Positions 1-10,576 of a stretch of 64,000 nucleotides of DNA are shown one piece after another. The translations under genes and the position numbers were made by a program. Source of the stretch: Candidatus Lustribacter sp. (GTDB lineage Bacteria; Vulcanimicrobiota; Vulcanimicrobiia; Vulcanimicrobiales; Vulcanimicrobiaceae); contig OZ255842.1 in assembly GCA_965277805.1 (NCBI GenBank), positions 1,888,001-1,952,000 on the forward strand. The letters run 5' to 3'. Every line of letters starts with the position of its first letter. The first letter of the stretch is position 1. The notes under the pieces were generated by a model. It was not told the origin of the DNA. It did no database searches and saw nothing but the letters and a program-made list of their open reading frames with translations.

Positions 1-2
1 GC

Positions 3-401
3 GAGGATTCGGCCGGAGCCGGCCGGTATCGCGGCGGCCTTGGCTTTCGCAAGCGCTATCGGCTCTTGGCGGATTGCAACTTGCACACCAATTACGAACG
101 CGTGAAATGCCCGCCCTGGGGCGTGAACGGCGGTTCCGCAGCGATGCCGGGACGTCTCACGGTGCGAAAGCCCGGCGAGCCCGATCGGCAGATGCTCAAA
201 GCCGAAGGCTACAAACTCGCCGCCGGCGACATCGTCATCGCGGAAACGGGGGGCGGCGGCGGTAACGGGCCGCCGGCGGAACGTTCCCTCGAGGACATCG
301 AGCGCGATCTCACCCGCGGCTACATCACCCCCGAGGCCGCAAGCCGCGATTACGGCGTCGCGATCGCTTCGGACGGAAAGGTCGCGCGCGAAGCTACGTA
401 G
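3..401 (+). CDS. Hydantoinase B/oxoprolinase family protein, C-terminal part (truncated by window edge)
   Basis: Frame open from base 3: EDSAGAGRYRGGLG...PPWGVNGG...ETGGGGGNGPPAERS...DL..GYI, the typical HyuB C-terminus. Confidence 0.85.
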   Translation, partial: EDSAGAGRYRGGLGFRKRYRLLADCNLHTNYERVKCPPWGVNGGSAAMPGRLTVRKPGEPDRQMLKAEGYKLAAGDIVIAETGGGGGNGPPAERSLEDIERDLTRGYITPEAASRDYGVAIASDGKVAREAT

Positions 402-741
402 CGTCGACTGCGGAGCAAATTTGGGCACGAATGTCGCGCAACTCTTCCTCGCTGACGGATGACGGTGTTTCAGTGAGCCGCGCATGTGAAACCGTCTGCA
501 CATTCCATGCGAGCGCATAACTTCGCTTCGTGCAGCCGTTCTGAGGTGTCGGTTCGATGACCATGGACGCTCCGACGATTGCGAGCGCCGGCTCCCCCGT
601 AAGCGGCACAACAATGTCGACCGGCAGCCCCGTCCCGAAGAATCGTGGCGAACCGACCACGATCGCGGGCCGCTTATTGGGCTCGCCGGCCCCCGGAAGC
701 GCATCGCGCCAGTCGACCATCACGATTCGCCCCGGCTTCAC
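394..741 (-). CDS. mazF: PemK/MazF family toxin (mRNA interferase)
   Basis: 115 aa; G.IV.V, EPNKRPAIVV and VVPLT motifs; overlaps the upstream small ORF by 4 nt (GTGA). Confidence 0.8.
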   Translation of the reverse strand: MKPGRIVMVDWRDALPGAGEPNKRPAIVVGSPRFFGTGLPVDIVVPLTGEPALAIVGASMVIEPTPQNGCTKRSYALAWNVQTVSHARLTETPSSVSEEELRDIRAQICSAVDAT

Positions 742-935
742 CGGGAGCTATTAGAAAAAAACTCGGCCGGATCATCGTCCCAGTCATCCGGATGGCTTCG
801 AAGGAAGCTCACCGCGCGTTGCACGCTCGTCTTTGTCTGCGATGCGAGCGTCTCCGCCGCCCAGCGCTCGAGGATATCGCGTGCCAGTGCAGATGCTCCC
901 GCTGCATCATGTGTGGGGGCCGCCTCTGCCAGCAC
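738..935 (-). CDS. Putative antitoxin, possibly N-terminally truncated ribbon-helix-helix protein
   Basis: Small ORF translationally coupled to mazF with an acidic tail (DDWDDDPAEFF). In-frame upstream sequence VHVRLSPATRRVL is RHH-like but follows a TGA at 969-971. Confidence 0.6.
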   Translation of the reverse strand: MLAEAAPTHDAAGASALARDILERWAAETLASQTKTSVQRAVSFLRSHPDDWDDDPAEFFSNSSR

Positions 936-1047
936 ACGCCGGGTCGCGGGCGAAAGCCGTACATGGACTCAACTCGCTAAAGGAGACCTTAAATACACCA
1001 AGTAACTTAGTATCTTACGGACAGAGCTTGCCGCTGAGGGGGATGCG

Positions 1048-1950
1048 ATGCAGATCGTGCTGTTTGACGAGAGCAACTGGAAGATGGACCATCCGACCGG
1101 GCAGATTGCCTTTCATCATCTGCTCAAGGGCACGGATGGTACGCCTGAAAATTTCATGTACGTTCTCGGGCGGCAAGACCGCGATTTCTTCATGCCGCGG
1201 CATCGTCACAACTTCGATCAGATTCGTTTGCCGCTCGTGGGAACCATGAATCACGGCGGCGGTACCGTTATCGGTCAAGGCGAGGTCGGCTACATTCCAG
1301 AGGGTCTGCCATACGGTCCGCAAGACGATCCGTGCGAACCGTATGCGCCCGGCGAGCGACTCCAACTCGTGTTGCAATTCGGCGGCGCGTCCGGCATGGG
1401 TTTCATGAGCATCGAACAGCGGCGCCAAGCGTGGAAAGAGCTCGAGCAGAGCGGTAAGTTCGCCGGTCCCTACTATCATCGCAACGACGGAACGTCGGCG
1501 TGGGGACTCAACGCGATCTGGGAGCACGTGTTCGGAGATCGCATCAAGTATCCGCGTCCGCGGTACAAGAGCATCATCATCGCGGACCCGAAGGTCATGA
1601 ACTGGCTGCCGCTTCCGGAAACAAGCGACGTCCATCGCAAGTTCCTCGGCACGTTTTCCGAACGTGGCGTAACCGTCGAGATGATTCGCGTCGCTGCCGG
1701 GGCGAAATGGAATTCGGCAGACGGCGACGCGCTGCGTTTGATCGTCGTTCTCTTCGGTGAAGGAACGGTCGGCGGCACGAACATCACGCGCCTCTCGGCA
1801 TTGCAGGTCGAGGCGCGCGAAACGCTGGCGCTCTCCGCAACGACGGAGATGGAACTGTTCAGCATCGCCCTCCCGCCCGTGCAGCTGCCCGTGGCCCCGT
1901 CAACCGAATACGATTTCGAAGAACTGCCGGGCGAGCCGGTGCTCGCATGA
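1048..1950 (+). CDS. Cupin-like hypothetical protein
   Basis: PRHRHNFDQIR and Y.PEG.PYGPQ cupin-like motifs; SD GAGGGGG; ATGA overlap with the next gene. Confidence 0.6.
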   Translation: MQIVLFDESNWKMDHPTGQIAFHHLLKGTDGTPENFMYVLGRQDRDFFMPRHRHNFDQIRLPLVGTMNHGGGTVIGQGEVGYIPEGLPYGPQDDPCEPYAPGERLQLVLQFGGASGMGFMSIEQRRQAWKELEQSGKFAGPYYHRNDGTSAWGLNAIWEHVFGDRIKYPRPRYKSIIIADPKVMNWLPLPETSDVHRKFLGTFSERGVTVEMIRVAAGAKWNSADGDALRLIVVLFGEGTVGGTNITRLSALQVEARETLALSATTEMELFSIALPPVQLPVAPSTEYDFEELPGEPVLA

Positions 1951-2897
1951 CGTTCACACGCAATGGTTTTGTCGCGACGCTCGCCGCCGCGCTCGCGACC
2001 GCGGCACCGCGCATCGGCTGCGCGCAGACCGCTTCGACCGTCACGACGCGCATCGGCGTCGCGCCGGTCGAGGTGTGCGCTGAAGCCTTCTACGGCGTTG
2101 ATCTCGGCATTTTCAAAAAGGCCGGCCTCGACGTCGAGCTGCAATTCTTTCCGAGTCCCGGTGCGATCTCCACGGCGCTGGCCGGAAACGCGATCGACGT
2201 CGGGCTCTTCGATTCCGTCGGTTTGGTCGCCGCGCATTCGCATAACGTGCCGATCATCTTTCTCGCGCCCGGCAAGCTCTACGAAGATGCCGCTCCCGAG
2301 ATCGGACTCGTCGTCCGCGACGATGGCCCGCGTGCGGCGAAGGACGTCGTCGGAGCGGTCGCCGCGCCCAGCATCAACAACATCGGCGCGCTCGCAACAC
2401 TGGTTTGGCTCGATCGCAACGGCGGCGATTCAAAAAAGGTGAAGTTCGTCGAGCTGCCGTTCCCGGCGATGAACGATGCGGTGCAGCGCGGCACGGTCAT
2501 CGGCGCGGTCTCCGTCGAACCGTGGCTGAGTGACGCGCGCGACAAGGGCATGCGCACGATGGCACCGGCAAACGGCATCGGCAGCGTCTTCGTCGCGAGC
2601 GCCTGGGTTGGCTCGCAAACGTGGGCTCAAGCGCATCCCGCGATCGTCGCCCCGTTCGTCTCTGCCATTTACACCGCCGGCCATTGGGGCAACAACAATC
2701 ACACTGCCTCGATTCCGATCGTTTCGAAGTACACGAAACTGCCGCCGGATACGCTGGCCAAAATGAAACACGGACACTTCGGTGAGTCCACGGATCTCAA
2801 GACGATCCAACCCGTCATCGATGCCATGGTCAGCTATGGCTTCATTCCCAAGGGCTTCCCGGCCGCCGATTTGATCTATCACGCCCCCGCGACCTAG
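1947..2897 (+). CDS. ABC-type substrate-binding protein, SsuA/THI5(NMT1) family
   Basis: N-terminal signal; G.FKKAGLDVEL, WLDRNGGD.KKVKFVELPF motifs. Confidence 0.85.
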   Translation: MTFTRNGFVATLAAALATAAPRIGCAQTASTVTTRIGVAPVEVCAEAFYGVDLGIFKKAGLDVELQFFPSPGAISTALAGNAIDVGLFDSVGLVAAHSHNVPIIFLAPGKLYEDAAPEIGLVVRDDGPRAAKDVVGAVAAPSINNIGALATLVWLDRNGGDSKKVKFVELPFPAMNDAVQRGTVIGAVSVEPWLSDARDKGMRTMAPANGIGSVFVASAWVGSQTWAQAHPAIVAPFVSAIYTAGHWGNNNHTASIPIVSKYTKLPPDTLAKMKHGHFGESTDLKTIQPVIDAMVSYGFIPKGFPAADLIYHAPAT

Positions 2898-3703
2898 CGG
2901 ATGGCTACGGGCCGCTCCGGGGCCGCCAGTTGCGCAAGGATCGAGGCCAGTTGCGCGTGGCGGCCGGTGTGCGTGCGTTGCTCGGCATCGACGAGGTGAA
3001 ACGCGCGTGCATTGAACGCGCTTACCCGTGCGGCAAACTCGTCGGCGTCGCGACGTTTGAGCGCCTCAACGATGGCGATGCGATCGGGCTGCAGCAACTC
3101 GACGAGATGATGCCACTCCTCGAACGTGCTGCCGGTGGTGCGTGCGAGTTCGAGTTGGACGTCGACCAGAAACCCGACGAGCGCCAGCAACAGCGGGTCG
3201 TGCGCGGCGCCGGCGAGCGCGGTGATGAAGTGCTTGACCGACCGCACGATGCCGTCGATATCGGTCACGGCATCGATCGCCGCGATTGCGTCTTCGAGCG
3301 CCGTGATGTCCTCGTCCGTACTGCGCGTGACTGCCAGCCGCGCGGCATAGCCGTGGAGCGCACCGAGCAGTCCGATCAAATTCTGCACGCTGACGCTCTG
3401 AAGTTGAATCACGGTACCGAGCGCCTTCGCAACGAGCGAATCTGCAAGCGCGGAAACGTATGTGCCGCTGCCGTGGCGCATCTCGACTAAGCCCAACGCG
3501 TTCAAGCCCTGGAGCGCTTCGCGGATCGTCGGGCCGCTCACGCCGTACCGTTCGGCGAGGTCGCGTTCGGCCGGCAAGCGTGCTCCTGACGGAATCGCGC
3601 CCGACGCAATCTGACCGCGCAAATCTTCCGCAATCGCATCGGCGATGCGGCGACGGCCGTTGAACGGTGCGGCGCTGGTCTTCGCGGCAATTGCACGGGC
3701 CAT
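2894..3703 (-). CDS. FadR/GntR family transcriptional regulator
   Basis: G.RLPAERDLAERYGVS.PTIREAL...G.GTYV winged HTH followed by an FCD domain. Confidence 0.9.
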   Translation of the reverse strand: MARAIAAKTSAAPFNGRRRIADAIAEDLRGQIASGAIPSGARLPAERDLAERYGVSGPTIREALQGLNALGLVEMRHGSGTYVSALADSLVAKALGTVIQLQSVSVQNLIGLLGALHGYAARLAVTRSTDEDITALEDAIAAIDAVTDIDGIVRSVKHFITALAGAAHDPLLLALVGFLVDVQLELARTTGSTFEEWHHLVELLQPDRIAIVEALKRRDADEFAARVSAFNARAFHLVDAEQRTHTGRHAQLASILAQLAAPERPVAIR

Positions 3704-3733
3704 TTCCTCCGCACGTTCGCCGTTGTAACAATG

Positions 3734-3744
3734 TGGTCCTACGA
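3734..3744. promoter_or_regulatory. Candidate FadR-family operator TGGTCCTACGA
   Basis: One mismatch to TGGT-N3-ACCA (PdhR/LldR-type), located between the divergent FadR and HD genes. Confidence 0.45.
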
Positions 3745-3796
3745 TTGACTAGGTGACTATTTGACTCGCCCGCGATGACCGTGCTTTACTTCTTAT

Positions 3797-4516
3797 GTGA
3801 CTCAGCTGCAACAGGGTCGGCGCCGGCTGATTCTTCCCGCTCCCGTCGGACGCATCGGAACACCGGTGCCGAATCCCGAGCCCGAATTGCTCGCGCAACT
3901 CAGTCCGGACACCGTCATGATGATGGGCGACAATCCGGCGTTACCAAAGATGCCGCCGAAACCGCGCTTGCTCGATTTCTTTCGCTCGCGATTCGACGAC
4001 TTCACGGTCACGCATCTGCTCACGAGCGCGAAGCGCGCGCTCGAGGCGGGTCAGGACGAGAAAGTCGTGATCGCGTGCTTGCTTCACGACATTTCGAATG
4101 CGTGTCTCGTGCGCAGCGATCACGGCTACTGGAGCGCCCAGCTGATCGCGCCGTACGTCAGCGAAGAGGTCGCGTGGGCCGTAAAATATCATCAGGCGCT
4201 ACGCTACTTCGCCGATGAGTCCGCCGGATACGCATATCCCGAGAGCTACCTGGCGTTCTTCGGCGCCGACTATGTGCCGCCGGAGTACATCTGCCGCGAT
4301 GCCGAAGACGCGAGACGCCATCGTTGGTACATGACGTCACGCTCGGTCACGCTGTTCGACATCTACTTCTTCGACCGCAGCGAGACGATCGATCCCGAGA
4401 TCTTCACCGACATCATTGGGCGCAATTTCAAGGAGCCCGAAGAGGGCCTCGGCTTCGACGGATCGCCCGTGGCGCACATGTGGCGCACGATGATCTGGCC
4501 GAATAACTTTCTCTAA
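3797..4516 (+). CDS. HD-domain metalloprotein
   Basis: H...LLHDI...DH...YH motifs of PhnZ-like HD proteins. Confidence 0.7.
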   Translation: MTQLQQGRRRLILPAPVGRIGTPVPNPEPELLAQLSPDTVMMMGDNPALPKMPPKPRLLDFFRSRFDDFTVTHLLTSAKRALEAGQDEKVVIACLLHDISNACLVRSDHGYWSAQLIAPYVSEEVAWAVKYHQALRYFADESAGYAYPESYLAFFGADYVPPEYICRDAEDARRHRWYMTSRSVTLFDIYFFDRSETIDPEIFTDIIGRNFKEPEEGLGFDGSPVAHMWRTMIWPNNFL

Positions 4517-5391
4517 CCGGTTCGTTCGGCGATGCGCTCCGAGAGTGCGCGATACACGACGCTCACGTCTTGATTCCCCAGCCCGGAGTCCAACGCGCGC
4601 TGCCACTCACGATTGAGCGCCTCGAGCATCGGGAGCACAACGCCGTTGCCCGAGGCATCGGCCTGCAACGCCAGGCGCACGTCCTTGGCGGCGTTCGCCA
4701 GCGAAAACTCCGAATCGAATTTGCCGGCGGCGATCTTCGTCAATTTCGAGCGGACGAGCGGTGCTTCGAGCGGCCCCCCGTGCAGGCACTCGGCAACGCG
4801 TTCGAGTTCGACACCCAGCGCCGTTGCAAGCGCTGCGAATTCGGCGGTGCCTTCCACGAGCATCGCGAGCCACGAATTCAGCACCAGTTTCATGCGCGAG
4901 CCGGCGCCGGCTTCACCGAGCCAAATTGTCCTCTGGCCGAGCGCAGCAAACAGGGGCTCGAGCGCATCCACGCTCGCTTTCGGGCCCGACGCCAAAATCG
5001 TCAGGGTCCCGGCGCGCGCCGGGCCGGTGCTGCCGGAAACCGGCGCATCGATCAGCACCACATCCGGATAGCGCGCCGCAAGCCCGATTGCTTCCGTGGT
5101 TGCAGCGACTCCGATCGTGCTCATCTGTAGCCAGATGCTGCCGGCGCGCATTCGCCGCAACGCGCGGTCCATCGTCGCAATGACCGCCGCGCCATCCGCG
5201 AGCATCGAGATGACGACGTCGGCGTCTTCGACGGCCGCCGCAATATCGCGAAATGGACGGGCTCCACTGGCGCCGAGGGCTTCGGCTCTCTCCCACGTGC
5301 GATCCCAAATGCGCACGTCGAAGGATCGTTCGAGCAGGCGGAGCGTCATCGCGGAGCCCATCGCTCCCGCCCCGAGAATACAGACGTTCAT
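4513..5391 (-). CDS. NAD(P)-dependent oxidoreductase, 3-hydroxyisobutyrate dehydrogenase family
   Basis: GAGAMG Rossmann motif, DAPVSG, KLVLN, F.L..AAKD. Start set at ATG 5391, preceded by TATCCT-N6. Confidence 0.9.
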   Translation of the reverse strand: MNVCILGAGAMGSAMTLRLLERSFDVRIWDRTWERAEALGASGARPFRDIAAAVEDADVVISMLADGAAVIATMDRALRRMRAGSIWLQMSTIGVAATTEAIGLAARYPDVVLIDAPVSGSTGPARAGTLTILASGPKASVDALEPLFAALGQRTIWLGEAGAGSRMKLVLNSWLAMLVEGTAEFAALATALGVELERVAECLHGGPLEAPLVRSKLTKIAAGKFDSEFSLANAAKDVRLALQADASGNGVVLPMLEALNREWQRALDSGLGNQDVSVVYRALSERIAERTG

Positions 5392-5503
5392 GGCCCAAGG
5401 ATAGCGCGAGATGCCGACACCCGCTGCAAAGCCGTTGTTAACACCGCCGCCCTCGAAAAATCGTTCTAGGCGCCGTCCGGGCCGATGCGCTACCATAACC
5501 AAC

Positions 5504-6067
5504 ATGGAACCGATCTTGATGGAGCAAAATGATGCCGGCATAGCAACCGCGCCGAGCCTGGCAAGCGTAACCATCGAGATCAACGGCCAGCAGCACGAAC
5601 TCGCCCTCGACACGCGAACCACGCTGCTCGACGCGCTGCGGGAACACGTGCAGCTCACCGGCACGAAAAAAGGCTGCGATCATGGGCAGTGCGGCGCGTG
5701 TACGGTTCTGCTCAACGGCGTGCGCATCAACTCTTGCCTCACGCTCGCCGTGATGCACGAAAACGACAAAATCACCACGATCGAAGGACTCGGCACGCCG
5801 GCCGCCCTGCATCCGCTTCAGGCGGCCTTCGTCGAGCACGACGGTTTCCAGTGCGGATACTGCACGCCCGGCCAGATCTGTTCCGCGGTAGCGGTGCTCG
5901 GGGAGATCGAAGCCGGAATTCCAAGCCACGTCACGGCCGACATAACGGTCAAAGCCCGCACGACCGATGCCGAATTGCGCGAACGAATGAGCGGTAATAT
6001 CTGTCGGTGCGGAGCCTATTCGAATATTCTCGATGCGATTCGGGACGTCGCCGGAGAGCCGGCATGA
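5504..6067 (+). CDS. paoA: Aldehyde oxidoreductase 2Fe-2S subunit (PaoA/YagT-like)
   Basis: [32 protein letters not shown]; no Tat leader. Confidence 0.9.
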   Translation: MEPILMEQNDAGIATAPSLASVTIEINGQQHELALDTRTTLLDALREHVQLTGTKKGCDHGQCGACTVLLNGVRINSCLTLAVMHENDKITTIEGLGTPAALHPLQAAFVEHDGFQCGYCTPGQICSAVAVLGEIEAGIPSHVTADITVKARTTDAELRERMSGNICRCGAYSNILDAIRDVAGEPA

Positions 6068-7020
6068 GACCGTTCACCTTCGAGCGTGCGACCACGCCGG
6101 CTGCAGCCGCTTCAGCCGCCGCGGCCTCGCCGAATGCCAAGTTCATCGCCGGCGGCACGAACTTGCTCGATCTCATGAAGCTGCAGATCGAAACCCCGGC
6201 GCACATCATCGACCTCACCAAACTCGACCTCGATCGCATCGAAGACACGAACGACGGAGGCTTGCGCATCGGAGCGCTGGTCACGAATACGAACATGGCC
6301 GCGCACGGCCGGGTGCGGCGCGAGTACGGCGTGTTGTCGCGCGCGGTTGTCGCCGGCGCGAGCGGACAGTTACGAAACAAAGCGACGACCGCCGGAAACC
6401 TGCTGCAACGCACGCGCTGCCCGTACTTCTACGATACCAACCAGCCTTGCAACAAGCGCCGCCCCGGCTCGGGGTGCGCCGCTATCGACGGCGTCAGCCG
6501 GCAATTGGCCGTGATCGGCGGCAGCGACGTGTGCATTGCGACGAACCCGAGCGATATGGCCGTGGCGATGCGGGCGCTCGATGCGACGGTAGAGACGGTC
6601 AAACCGGACGGCACGACGCGCGCCATTCCGATCGCCGAGTTCCACTCGCTGCCGGGTTCCACGCCGCACATCGAGACGACGTTGAGTCCCGGGGAACTGA
6701 TCACCGCGGTGACGCTGCCGAAGCCCATCGGTGGAACGCACATCTATCGCAAAGTGCGCGATCGCGCGTCGTACGCGTTCGCGCTCGTCTCGGTCGCGGC
6801 GATCGTTCACCCCGACGGTTCCGGACGCGTCGCGGCGGGCGGCATCGCACCGAAACCCTGGCGCGTTGAGGCTGCGGATGACATGATGCCGCACGGACCA
6901 AAGGCCGTCGCGACGCATTTGCTTGCCGGCGCGAAACCGACAACGGATAATGCGTTCAAATTACGGTTGCTCGAGCGCACGCTCGCCGCGGTTATGGCCG
7001 ATGCGCAGGCGCCCGCATGA
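6064..7020 (+). CDS. paoB: Aldehyde oxidoreductase FAD subunit (PaoB/YagS-like)
   Basis: [50 protein letters not shown]. Confidence 0.92.
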   Translation: MRPFTFERATTPAAAASAAAASPNAKFIAGGTNLLDLMKLQIETPAHIIDLTKLDLDRIEDTNDGGLRIGALVTNTNMAAHGRVRREYGVLSRAVVAGASGQLRNKATTAGNLLQRTRCPYFYDTNQPCNKRRPGSGCAAIDGVSRQLAVIGGSDVCIATNPSDMAVAMRALDATVETVKPDGTTRAIPIAEFHSLPGSTPHIETTLSPGELITAVTLPKPIGGTHIYRKVRDRASYAFALVSVAAIVHPDGSGRVAAGGIAPKPWRVEAADDMMPHGPKAVATHLLAGAKPTTDNAFKLRLLERTLAAVMADAQAPA

Positions 7021-9224
7021 AATTCGACACGCCGTCATTACTCAATCCGATCGACCAGCTGAAATTCGTCGGAAAAGCGACCGACCGGATCGACGGTAAG
7101 CTGAAGACCACGGGAACTGCACCATATGCCTACGAGCGGCACGATGTCGTGGCGGATCAGGCCTACGGATTCATCGTGGGCTCGGCGATCGCAAAGGGTG
7201 TCATCACCTCGATCGACGTCGCCGACGCCAAGGCATCACCCGGCGTCATCGCCATCGTGACGACGCTTGATATGCCGCGGCTCGGCCGCGGGCGCATGAA
7301 CTACGCATATCTGTTCGGCGGGGCGGAGATCCAGCATTACGATCAAGCCATCGCGATCGTCGTGGCCGAGACATTCGAGCAGGCGCGCGCCGCGGCGCAT
7401 CTGATTCGCGCCGATTACGTTCAGAGTTCCGGCCGGTTCGATCTCGCCGCCGAGGCCCCGAACGCCCCCGTCGTGGGGAACCTAGCCGAACACGTTGAGG
7501 CAAGCCAGCGCGTCGGCGACTTCGTGAGCGCGTTCGCGGCCGCGCCGGTGACGCTCGATCAAATCTACACGACCCCCGATCAGAGCCATGCCATGATGGA
7601 ACCGCACGCCTCGATCGCAGCGTGGGACGGTGACCACCTGACGGTGTGGACGTCGAACCAGATGATCAACTGGGGCAAGGCCGATATTTCCACGATACTC
7701 GGCATCGCCGCCGATAAGGTGCGGCTCGATTCGCCGTTCATCGGCGGCGGGTTCGGCGGAAAGCTGTGGGTGCGCGCCGACGCCGTGCTCGCCGCGCTCG
7801 GCGCCAAAGCCGCCGGGAGGCCCGTCAAGGTCGCATTCGCGCGCCCCTTCATCACGAACAATACGACGCATCGCGCGGCGACGATCCAGCGCGTTCGCAT
7901 CGGCGCCGGCGCCGACGGCAAGATTACGGCGATCACTCACGAGAGCACGTCCGGCAACCTGCCCGATGGTTTTCCCGAAGGAGCCGTCGGACAGACGCGG
8001 CTGATGTATGCCGGTGCGAATCGCCTGACCGAATTGCGGTTCGCGATTCTCGATCTGCCGGAGGGCAACTCGATGCGCGCTCCGGGCGATGCGCCCGGGC
8101 AGATGGCGCTCGAAATTGCGATGGATGAGATGGCCGAGAAGCTCGGGCTCGATCCGGTCGAATTTCGCGTGCTCAACGACACGCAAGTCGACCCAGCCAA
8201 ACCGGAACGGCCCTTCTCTTACCGCAACCTCAACGGCTGCCTGCGCCGTGGCGCCGAAACGTTCGGCTGGAGTGCGCGTAATCCGAAGCCTGGCCAGGTA
8301 CGCGACGGCCGGTGGCTCGTCGGCATGGGCGTAGCGGCGGGGATTCGCAACAATCTTCTACTAAAATCCGGCGCGCGCGTCGACCTCGACAAAGACGGCG
8401 TCGTCACGGTCAGCACCGACATGACCGATATCGGTACCGGAAGCTACACGATCATCGCCCAGACGGCCGCGGAAACGATGGGCGTCGATCTGGACCGCGT
8501 CGTCGTACGGCTCGGTGACTCCGATTTCCCGGCATCGGCCGGCTCCGGCGGACAATTCGGCGGCAACAACTCAACCGCCGGTGTCTACGCGGCCTGCATG
8601 AAACTGCGTGAGCTGATTGCGCAGAAGCTCGGCTTCGACGCGGCCGAAGCGAAATTCGCCGACGGCTGCGTGCGGGCGAGCGGACGCAGCGTGCCGCTCG
8701 CAGCCGCAGCCGGAGATACGGGACTTTCGGCCGAGGACAGTATCGAATACGGCGACCTCGATGAACGCTTTCAGCAATCGACCTTTGCCGCGCACTTCGT
8801 GGAGGCCGCCGTCGACGCGGCAACCGGTGAGACTCGCATCCGGCGTATGCTGGCGGTGTGTGCTGCGGGACGCATTCTCAATCCCAAGACGGCGCGCAGT
8901 CAGGTGATCGGCGCGATGACGATGGGCGCCGGCGCTGCCCTAATGGAAGAGCTCGCCGTCGACACGCAACGAGGGTTCTTTGTCAACCACGATCTGGCCG
9001 GTTACGAGGTCCCCGTTCACGCGGACATCCCGCACCAAGACGTGATCTTTCTCGACGAGGTCGATCCGATCTCGTCGCCGATGAAGGCCAAGGGCGTGGG
9101 CGAACTCGGGATCTGCGGCGTAATAGCCGCGATTGCCAACGCCGTCTACAACGCGACCGGCATCCGCGTGCGCGACTATCCGATCACGCTGGACAAAATG
9201 ATCCATCAGCTGCCGGAACTCTAG
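7017..9224 (+). CDS. paoC: Aldehyde oxidoreductase molybdenum-binding subunit (PaoC/YagR-like)
   Basis: [33 protein letters not shown]. Confidence 0.92.
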   Translation: MKFDTPSLLNPIDQLKFVGKATDRIDGKLKTTGTAPYAYERHDVVADQAYGFIVGSAIAKGVITSIDVADAKASPGVIAIVTTLDMPRLGRGRMNYAYLFGGAEIQHYDQAIAIVVAETFEQARAAAHLIRADYVQSSGRFDLAAEAPNAPVVGNLAEHVEASQRVGDFVSAFAAAPVTLDQIYTTPDQSHAMMEPHASIAAWDGDHLTVWTSNQMINWGKADISTILGIAADKVRLDSPFIGGGFGGKLWVRADAVLAALGAKAAGRPVKVAFARPFITNNTTHRAATIQRVRIGAGADGKITAITHESTSGNLPDGFPEGAVGQTRLMYAGANRLTELRFAILDLPEGNSMRAPGDAPGQMALEIAMDEMAEKLGLDPVEFRVLNDTQVDPAKPERPFSYRNLNGCLRRGAETFGWSARNPKPGQVRDGRWLVGMGVAAGIRNNLLLKSGARVDLDKDGVVTVSTDMTDIGTGSYTIIAQTAAETMGVDLDRVVVRLGDSDFPASAGSGGQFGGNNSTAGVYAACMKLRELIAQKLGFDAAEAKFADGCVRASGRSVPLAAAAGDTGLSAEDSIEYGDLDERFQQSTFAAHFVEAAVDAATGETRIRRMLAVCAAGRILNPKTARSQVIGAMTMGAGAALMEELAVDTQRGFFVNHDLAGYEVPVHADIPHQDVIFLDEVDPISSPMKAKGVGELGICGVIAAIANAVYNATGIRVRDYPITLDKMIHQLPEL

Positions 9225-9226
9225 CA

Positions 9227-9235
9227 TGATATAAT
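9227..9235 (+). promoter_or_regulatory. Extended -10 promoter (TGATATAAT) of leaderless cydA
   Basis: TGnTATAAT ends 6 nt before the ATG at 9242; no SD. Confidence 0.6.
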
Positions 9236-9241
9236 CGCGCC

Positions 9242-10576
9242 ATGGACGTTGCGGCCGATCGGCTACAGTTCGGCTTTACTATCATGTTCCACTATCTGTT
9301 CCCGATCGGAACGATGGGTGTCGCACCGTTTATCGCCTGGTATAACTATCGCGCAATGAAGACCGGCGAGCAGCAGCACGCGCAGGCTGCTCGGTTCTGG
9401 ACCACGATCTTTGCGATCAATTTTGCCATCGGCGTCGTGACGGGTATCCCGATGGAGTTTCAGTTCGGCACCAATTGGGCCGCCTTTTCGGCCAAGGCCG
9501 GCGAGGTGATCGGTCAGCCGCTGATGATGGAAGGCGTGTACGCGTTTTTCGTTGAGTCGGTCTTTCTCGGCGTTTTACTGTATGGCCGCGGACGTGTGAC
9601 GCAGACCGTGTACTTGGCGTCGGCCGTGATCGTCTGGCTCGGTTCATGGCTTTCGGGATTTTTTATTTGCGCCACCGATTCGTGGATGCAGCATCCCGTG
9701 GGCTACACGATCGCGGCCGACGGCCGGATCGAATTGAGCAGCCTTGCGGCGCTGCTGCTCTCGCCGTTCGCCTTCTGGCAAACCGCACACGCAATCGCCG
9801 GCGCGGTCGCCGCCGGCGGATTCATCGTGGCCGGTGTGGGCGCGTATTATCTCTTAGCGCGACGCGACATCATCTTCGGCCGCGAGTTCGTGCGCACGGG
9901 CGTCATCGTCGCGTTCATCGCTTCGGCGCTCGTGATTTTCCCGACGGGCGATCGCAACGGCAACAACGTCACGGTCTACCAGCCCGTGAAGCTCGCCGCT
10001 ATGGAGGGGCTCTTTACGTCGGAACGCGGCGCCCCGCTCGCCATCATCGGCATGCCCGATGTGCCCAAGAGGACACTTATCGACCCGATCATCGTACCGG
10101 ATCTGCTGAGCTTTCTCGCCTACGGCAACTTTCGCACCGATGTCGCCGGGCTGACAGCCTACCCTGACGCGCTCTGGCCGCCTGTGGAGGTAACGTATTA
10201 TGCCTACCACGTGATGGTCGGCCTCGGCACGATTTTCATCGGGGTTGCATTCATCGCCGGACTGCTGCTGTGGCGCAAGCGTTTGTTCGAGATGCCGCTC
10301 GCGCTCTGGGCGTTATTGCTGGTCATGCCGTTTCCATACATTGCGAGCGAAGCCGGCTGGGTCGTGGCGGAGGTTGGCCGCCAACCCTGGGTCGTCTACG
10401 GCCTGATGAAGACCCAGGACGGCGCTTCGCCGAACGTCGGCTCCGGCGAGACGATCTTCACGCTCATCGGCTTTGCCGGCATGTATTTTCTGCTCGGCGT
10501 ATTGTTCTTGTTGCTGACGCTGCGGACGATTGCGATCGGGCCCGGCGCGCCCGCCGCCGAGCAGGCGGAAGTGTAA
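9242..10576 (+). CDS. cydA: Cytochrome bd ubiquinol oxidase subunit I
   Basis: FHYLFP, GVVTGIPMEFQFGTNW, QPVKLAAME, YHVMVG, EVGRQPW; short Q-loop. Confidence 0.95.
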   Translation: MDVAADRLQFGFTIMFHYLFPIGTMGVAPFIAWYNYRAMKTGEQQHAQAARFWTTIFAINFAIGVVTGIPMEFQFGTNWAAFSAKAGEVIGQPLMMEGVYAFFVESVFLGVLLYGRGRVTQTVYLASAVIVWLGSWLSGFFICATDSWMQHPVGYTIAADGRIELSSLAALLLSPFAFWQTAHAIAGAVAAGGFIVAGVGAYYLLARRDIIFGREFVRTGVIVAFIASALVIFPTGDRNGNNVTVYQPVKLAAMEGLFTSERGAPLAIIGMPDVPKRTLIDPIIVPDLLSFLAYGNFRTDVAGLTAYPDALWPPVEVTYYAYHVMVGLGTIFIGVAFIAGLLLWRKRLFEMPLALWALLLVMPFPYIASEAGWVVAEVGRQPWVVYGLMKTQDGASPNVGSGETIFTLIGFAGMYFLLGVLFLLLTLRTIAIGPGAPAAEQAEV

